Positions 57,155-64,000 of a stretch of DNA of 64,000 nt are shown here, piece after piece; position 1 is the first letter of the stretch, and each line of letters begins with the position of its first letter. This DNA comes from Telluria sp. GTDB taxonomy: Bacteria > Pseudomonadota > Gammaproteobacteria > Burkholderiales > Burkholderiaceae_D. The translations under genes and the position numbers were made by a program. The stretch covers positions 5,222 through 69,221 of the forward strand of contig DASWSX010000078.1 of NCBI GenBank assembly GCA_036402435.1, given 5' to 3'. The notes beneath the pieces are model-generated. The model was not told where the DNA came from, searched no databases, and was given only the letters and a program-made list of their open reading frames with translations.

Positions 57155-58414
57155 TCAGACCGTCGCGCTCAACACCGGCACGACCACATGCTCCGGCATC
57201 AGCCTCGGCACGTAGGTCTGCCCGTCGATCCAGGCATCGACCATGTTGGCCCACTCCTGCAGCATGTGACGCCGCTGCTCGGCGTACTCGGCCTTGTTGT
57301 AAACCGAGCGCGAGGAGCGCCCGCTTTCTTCATGCGCTAGGCACTTCTCGATCCAGTCACGGTTGAAGCCCACCTCGTTCAGAAGCGTCGATCCGGTGCG
57401 GCGCAGGTCGTGCACGGTGAACGGTTCCAGCGGCAGGCCGGCGGCCTTGGCCCGCTCTGCCACGATCTGTGTGACCCGGTTGAGGGTCGCGTGCGACATG
57501 CACCGGTCGGCGTCATAGCGCGATGGCAGCACGAACTTCGATCCGGCCGCGCAGGTGTGCAGCGCCACCATGATGTCGAGCGCCTGGCGCGACAGGTAGA
57601 CCACGTGAGGGTTGCGCCCCTTCATCCGCTGCTTCGGAATGGTCCAGGTCGCGTTCTCGAAATCGACCTCGTCCCAGGTGGCCTCGATCAGCTCGCTCTT
57701 GCGCACCAGCGTCAGGACGATCATGCGCAACGCAAGCCGGATGGTCGGGTAGGTGGCCACCGACTCCATCTGCCGCGACATCAGCCGGATCTCCAGCGGC
57801 GACAAGGCACGATCCTTCGGCACGAACGTCGCAATCGACGCCGCGCCCACGTCGTCGGCCGGGTTGTCCACCTTCTCGCCGTGCAGGATGGCGAAGGCGT
57901 AGACCTGCTTCACGATGTCACGGATGTGGACCGCGGTGGCAGGCGCGCCGCGCGCCTTTACCTTGTTGCAGAGAGCGCGCAGGTCATCGGCCGCGATTTC
58001 GTTGAGCTGCCGGTTCTGGAACGCCGGCAGGATGTCCCGATCGATGATGCTCTTGCGCATCGCCTTCGTGCTGTCGGCCATCCGGGCGCCCGCCAGCCAC
58101 TTTTCGGTCATGTCGCCAAAGGTCTTGGCGGCGGTCAGCCGGCGCTTCTCGCGCTGCTTCTCCAGCGCGGGGGACTTGCCCTGGGCGACAGCCTTCTTGG
58201 CGTCGATCAGCTTTTCGCGGGCCAGGGCCAGCGAGATGCCTGCCGGCCCGTAGCGGCCGATGGTCAGCGTCTCACGGCGGCCGTTGAGACGGTAATCGTA
58301 GCGGAAGGTGACGGTACCGACGGGCGATACCGTCACGTACATGCCATCGCGGTCAAAAGCCTTATAAGGCTTGGGCTTAGGCTTGAGATTGCGCAGTGCG
58401 GTGTCGGTAAGCAT
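57155..58414 (-). CDS. P4-like tyrosine integrase
   Basis: N-terminal arm-binding domain (LTD..LRNLKP), R(K)SE, HDLRRT, LAH, YN..EY. Confidence 0.95.
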   Translation of the reverse strand: MLTDTALRNLKPKPKPYKAFDRDGMYVTVSPVGTVTFRYDYRLNGRRETLTIGRYGPAGISLALAREKLIDAKKAVAQGKSPALEKQREKRRLTAAKTFGDMTEKWLAGARMADSTKAMRKSIIDRDILPAFQNRQLNEIAADDLRALCNKVKARGAPATAVHIRDIVKQVYAFAILHGEKVDNPADDVGAASIATFVPKDRALSPLEIRLMSRQMESVATYPTIRLALRMIVLTLVRKSELIEATWDEVDFENATWTIPKQRMKGRNPHVVYLSRQALDIMVALHTCAAGSKFVLPSRYDADRCMSHATLNRVTQIVAERAKAAGLPLEPFTVHDLRRTGSTLLNEVGFNRDWIEKCLAHEESGRSSRSVYNKAEYAEQRRHMLQEWANMVDAWIDGQTYVPRLMPEHVVVPVLSATV

Positions 58415-58442
58415 CGAGGTTTTTCCTCCTGTTCGTGACGGC

Positions 58443-58700
58443 TTTTACCGTCAGGGGCCAGGAGACCTGCTGATGCTCGGAAAGCCACATGAAACAAGCT
58501 TTCCCGAGGAGACTTTTACCGTCAAAGACCGGTTTAGTCTGGATAGTAAACGGGAGGGTCTTAATCCGGCCCCCGGTTCGTACCGTCAGTTCTACCGCCA
58601 ACCTGTTCTGCTGCCCGGCGATAGTCACCGATAGCTGCCGTGACGTATTTCTTTCTAAATCAACACGTTACGACAGATTTTCGATAGCTGACGATAGTCC
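58443..58700. repeat. Short direct repeats in the att arm
   Basis: TACCGTCA at ~58446, 58517, 58581 and TACCGCCA at 58593; CGATAG(T/C) four times in 58619-58699. Confidence 0.6.
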
Positions 58701-58715
58701 CCGAAGGACCTGATT

Positions 58716-58727
58716 TCACTCCCACTC
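58716..58727 (-). other. att core at the guaA 3' end
   Basis: GAGTGGGA (58720-58727, minus strand), the core used by guaA-targeting islands; the partner repeat is not in the window. Confidence 0.7.
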
Positions 58728-60281
58728 GATCGTGGCCGGCGGCTTTCCGCTGATGTCATACACCACGCGCGACACGCCGCGCAACTCGTTGATGATGCGA
58801 TTGGACACGCGGCCGAGGAAATCGTACGGCAGGTGCGCCCAGTGCGCGGTCATGAAGTCGATGGTTTCGACCGCTCGCAGCGCGATCACCCACTCGTAGG
58901 CGCGCGCATCGCCGACCACGCCCACCGACTTCACCGGCAGGAACACCGCGAAGGCCTGGCTGGTGCGATCGTAGAGATCGGCCTTGCGCAGCTCTTCGAT
59001 GAAGATGTGGTCGGCGCGGGCCAGCAGTTCGGCGTGTTCGCGCTTCACCTCGCCCAGGATGCGCACGCCCAGGCCGGGGCCCGGGAACGGATGGCGGTAG
59101 ACCATCGCGCGCGGCAGGCCGAGCTCCACGCCGAGGCGGCGCACTTCGTCCTTGAACAGCTCGCGCAGCGGCTCGACCAGGCCGAGCTTCATGTTCTCCG
59201 GCAGGCCGCCCACGTTGTGGTGGCTCTTGATGACGTGCGCCTTGCCGGTCTTGCTGCCGGCCGATTCGATCACGTCCGGGTAGATCGTGCCCTGCGCGAG
59301 CCACTTCGCGTTGGACAGCTTGGCCGACTCTTCGTCGAAGATCTCGATGAAGAGGTTGCCGATGATCTTGCGCTTGGCTTCCGGATCCTCGACGCCGGCC
59401 AGCGCCTTGAAGTAACGGTCGGCGGCGTTCACGCGCACGACCTTCACGCCCATGTGCTCGGCGAACATCGCCATCACCTGGTCGCCTTCGTTCCAGCGCA
59501 GCAGGCCGGTGTCGACGAACACGCAGGTGAGCTGCTCGCCGATGGCCTTGTGCAGCAGCGCGGCGACGACGGAGGAATCCACGCCGCCGGACAGGCCCAG
59601 GATCACTTCGTCGCTGCCGACCGTCTCGCGCACGCGGGCGATCTGGTCCTCGATGATGTTGGCCGCCGTCCACAGCGTCCTGCAGCCGCAGATGTCGGCG
59701 ACGAAACGACGCAGCAGGGTCTGGCCCTGCTTGGTGTGCGTGACTTCCGGATGGAACTGCACGCCATACCAGCGCTTGTCCTCCAGCGCCATCGCGGCGA
59801 CCGGGATGCGGTCGGTGACGGCGGTGACGGTCCAGCCCGGCGGCGCCTTGGCGACGTGGTCGCCGTGGCTCATCCACACGTCGATGCGCGGCTCGCCGTC
59901 GTGGTCGGTCAACCCGCCCAGCAGCGCGTCGTGCGCGACCAGCTCGACTTCCGCGTGGCCGAACTCGCGCGCATCCGCGGCTTCCGTCGCACCGCCCAGC
60001 TGCGCGGCCAGCGTCTGCATGCCGTAGCAGATGCCCAGGATCGGCAATCCGCTATCGAAGACCTCCTGCGGCGCCTTCGGCGCGCCCTGCTCCGTCGTCG
60101 ATTCCGGACCGCCCGACAGGATGATGCCCTTCGCGCCGAACGCGGCGATCTCGGCCGGATCGTGGTCCCAGGCCCAGATCTCGCAGTAGACGCCGATCTC
60201 GCGGATGCGGCGGGCGATCAGCTGCGTGTACTGCGCGCCGAAATCGAGGATGAGGATCTTGTCGCTGTGGATGTTGGTCAT
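58716..60281 (-). CDS. guaA: GMP synthase (glutamine-hydrolysing)
   Basis: [32 protein letters not shown]. Confidence 0.99.
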   Translation of the reverse strand: MTNIHSDKILILDFGAQYTQLIARRIREIGVYCEIWAWDHDPAEIAAFGAKGIILSGGPESTTEQGAPKAPQEVFDSGLPILGICYGMQTLAAQLGGATEAADAREFGHAEVELVAHDALLGGLTDHDGEPRIDVWMSHGDHVAKAPPGWTVTAVTDRIPVAAMALEDKRWYGVQFHPEVTHTKQGQTLLRRFVADICGCRTLWTAANIIEDQIARVRETVGSDEVILGLSGGVDSSVVAALLHKAIGEQLTCVFVDTGLLRWNEGDQVMAMFAEHMGVKVVRVNAADRYFKALAGVEDPEAKRKIIGNLFIEIFDEESAKLSNAKWLAQGTIYPDVIESAGSKTGKAHVIKSHHNVGGLPENMKLGLVEPLRELFKDEVRRLGVELGLPRAMVYRHPFPGPGLGVRILGEVKREHAELLARADHIFIEELRKADLYDRTSQAFAVFLPVKSVGVVGDARAYEWVIALRAVETIDFMTAHWAHLPYDFLGRVSNRIINELRGVSRVVYDISGKPPATIEWE

Positions 60282-60293
60282 GGGGGCGAAGGC

Positions 60294-60447
60294 GGGAACG
60301 GGGAACAGGGAACTGGGAATGCGGGGATACGGGCAGTGATGGTCAGGCAGCGCGCATGCGCATCGCCGTCACTCGGCGACGCGGGGAGCATCGAAACGGG
60401 CAATGTCGGCGCGACGCCTCATTCCCTGTTCCCTGTTCCCCGTTCCC
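60294..60447. repeat. Inverted arrays of GGGAAYN heptamers (Xanthomonadaceae REP-like)
   Basis: 4x GGGAA(C/T)N at 60294-60321 and 4 inverted copies at 60420-60447. Confidence 0.75.
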
Positions 60448-60453
60448 GCTCCA

Positions 60454-62109
<1,656 letters not shown>

Positions 62110-63015
62110 TCAGCGCGCCTGGGTCCAGCCGCGCCCCGTATCCGTCGCCTCGGCCGCTTCCAGCGTGTTCTGCATCAGCGTGGCCACGGTCATGGGGCCG
62201 ACGCCGCCCGGGACCGGGGTGATCCAGCTGGCGCGCTGCGCGGCGGCCTCGAAGCCCACGTCGCCGACCAGGCGGCCGTCGTCCAGGCGGTTGATGCCCA
62301 CGTCGATGACCACGGCGCCGGGCTTCACCCATTCACCGGGAATCAGGCCCGGGCGGCCGGCCGCCACCACCAGGATGTCGGCGTTGCGGACCGAGGCTTC
62401 CAGCACCTGCGCCGGGGTGAATTTGTGGCAGCTGGTGACCGTGCAGCCGGCGATCAGCAGCTCCAGCGCCATCGGGCGGCCGACGTGGTTGGACACGCCG
62501 ACGATGGTCGCGCTCTGCCCGCGCACCGGGCGGTCGGTGTAGGCCAGCAGCGTGGTGATGCCGCGCGGCGTGCACGGGCGCAGGCCGAACTGGCGCAGCG
62601 CCAGGTGGCCGACGTTCTCCGGATGGAACCCGTCCACGTCCTTGCGCGGGTCGATGCGGTGGATCAGCTCGGTGGCGTCGCGGCGATCCGGCAGCGGCAG
62701 CTGGACCAGGATGCCGTGCACGTCCGGATCGGTGTTGAGCGCGTCGATCAGCGCCAGCAGGTCCTCGTTGCTGGTCGAGGCCGGCAGGTCGTAGTCGATG
62801 GCCCGGATGCCCACTTTTTCCGCGGCACGCCGTTTGTTGCGGACATAGACGGCCGATGCGGGATCGCCGCCGACCAGCACCACCGCCAGGCCGGGACGCG
62901 ACTTGCCCGCCGCGACGCGCGCGTCGACCCGGCTCTTGAGGTTGTCGAGCAGGTCCTCGGCGATGCGCTTGCCGTCGAGGATGCGTGCGGGAGCCAGGGT
63001 CGTGGGAGCGGTCAT
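62110..63015 (-). CDS. folD: Methylenetetrahydrofolate dehydrogenase/cyclohydrolase
   Basis: [27 protein letters not shown]. Confidence 0.99.
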   Translation of the reverse strand: MTAPTTLAPARILDGKRIAEDLLDNLKSRVDARVAAGKSRPGLAVVLVGGDPASAVYVRNKRRAAEKVGIRAIDYDLPASTSNEDLLALIDALNTDPDVHGILVQLPLPDRRDATELIHRIDPRKDVDGFHPENVGHLALRQFGLRPCTPRGITTLLAYTDRPVRGQSATIVGVSNHVGRPMALELLIAGCTVTSCHKFTPAQVLEASVRNADILVVAAGRPGLIPGEWVKPGAVVIDVGINRLDDGRLVGDVGFEAAAQRASWITPVPGGVGPMTVATLMQNTLEAAEATDTGRGWTQAR

Positions 63016-63120
63016 GCCGTGGACGCGAAGTGGACTGGGTTACAGTCGGGCCGTGCATTATCGCCCAAGGAACCGCCGCGACGGTTCCATCGATCGCCCC
63101 GCCCCCACCGGAGGCCCGCC

Positions 63121-63432
63121 ATGACCGACACCGATTTCGAAACCACCCAGATCGAGGCCGCCGTGTTCCGGCGCCTGCTGCAGCACCTGATGCACGAACG
63201 CAGCGACGTGCAGAACATCGACCTGATGATCCACGCCGGCTTCTGCCGCAACTGCCTGTCCGACTGGTACCGCGAGGCCGCCGAGCACCGCGGCATCACC
63301 ATGGCCAAGGACGAGGCGCGCGAGGCCGTGTACGGCATGCCCTTCGCGCAATGGAAGGCGCAGCACCAGCGCGAGGCCACGCCGGAGCAGCTGGCGGCCT
63401 TCGAAGCCGCGCAACGGCGCCACGCGGGCTAG
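63121..63432 (+). CDS. DUF1244 family protein
   Basis: DVQNIDLM..AGFCRNCL..WY. Confidence 0.9.
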   Translation: MTDTDFETTQIEAAVFRRLLQHLMHERSDVQNIDLMIHAGFCRNCLSDWYREAAEHRGITMAKDEAREAVYGMPFAQWKAQHQREATPEQLAAFEAAQRRHAG

Positions 63433-63435
63433 CCC

Positions 63436-64000
63436 ATGCGCAAGCAACTGCTCGGCTGGGCGACGCTGCCGGTGATCGGCTACGCCGCCGTCTGCGCGTG
63501 GCTGTTCGCCAAGCAGCGCGACCTGATCTACTTCCCGCAGGGCACGCGCGTGGACGCGTCGCAGACCGACTTCGCCCTCGCCCGCGACGACATCCAGCTG
63601 CACGGCTGGGTGCTCCACCCGGAGGGGGACCGGCCGGTGATCTACTTCGGCGGCAACGCCGAGAGCATCCAGAACCGGCGCGACCAGTTCGGGCGCCTGC
63701 TGCCGGGGCGCGCCGTCTACCTGGTCTCCTACCGCGGCTACGGCGCCAGCGGCGGCCTGCCCAGCGAGGACGCGCTGTTCGCCGACGCGCTGGCGGTGTT
63801 CGACACCGTGCGCGCGCGCCATCCGGACGAGCCGGTCTCCGTGATCGGCTCCAGCCTGGGCAGCGGCGTGGCCAGCTACGTGGCGTCCCAGCGCAAGGTG
63901 GAGCGGCTGGTGCTGGTGGCGCCGTTCGACAGCCTGGCCGCCGTGGCCCAGGCGCACTACCCCGCCTTTCCGGTGCGCTGGCTGGTGCGCGACCGCTTCG
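63436..64000 (+). CDS. Alpha/beta hydrolase (partial, runs off window)
   Basis: QRDLIYFP, YFGGNAE, YRGYG, GSSLG. Confidence 0.85.
   Translation, partial: MRKQLLGWATLPVIGYAAVCAWLFAKQRDLIYFPQGTRVDASQTDFALARDDIQLHGWVLHPEGDRPVIYFGGNAESIQNRRDQFGRLLPGRAVYLVSYRGYGASGGLPSEDALFADALAVFDTVRARHPDEPVSVIGSSLGSGVASYVASQRKVERLVLVAPFDSLAAVAQAHYPAFPVRWLVRDRF

Larger units (their letters stand above)
1..58727 (-). mobile_element. Tn4371-family ICE integrated at the 3' end of guaA (far end lies outside the window)
   Basis: Typical Tn4371-like gene order: int, radC, DUF932, ParB-like, DUF736, DUF2958, DUF2285, HTH, repA, parA, DUF2840, traF, relaxase, cargo, LysR, traG, trbBCDEJKL; integrase directly downstream of guaA. 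Confidence 0.93.

Overview
Most of this window (1 to ~58727) is a Tn4371-family integrative conjugative element (ICE) inserted at the 3' end of guaA. The host chromosome is GC-rich and Xanthomonadaceae-like, with flanking genes guaA, guaB, folD, DUF1244 and an alpha/beta hydrolase. The ICE backbone comprises trbL(partial)-trbK-trbJ-trbE-trbD-trbC-trbB, an RHH gene, traG/virD4, an entry-exclusion lipoprotein, LysR, relaxase, a putative oriT, traF, DUF2840, parA and partner, repA, an RdfS-like HTH, DUF6499/DUF2285, DUF2958, XRE, DUF736, ParB-like, DUF932, radC and a P4-type integrase. There are two cargo regions. The first is ~20 kb of metabolic, efflux and envelope genes (9474-29810) with three TetR modules. 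The second is an ~11.4 kb defence island (44400-55802). The highlight is the defence island: a full qatABCD system is translationally coupled behind an AbiEi/AbiEii-like pair (the toxin-like gene is split by a 1-nt frameshift) and a caspase-Ski2/Hel308-like helicase fusion, and is followed by a PIN-like unknown gene. All lie behind one sigma70 promoter flanked by two palindromic operators. This is a candidate extended or composite Qat system. All family calls come from motif recognition and gene context, not from database searches.
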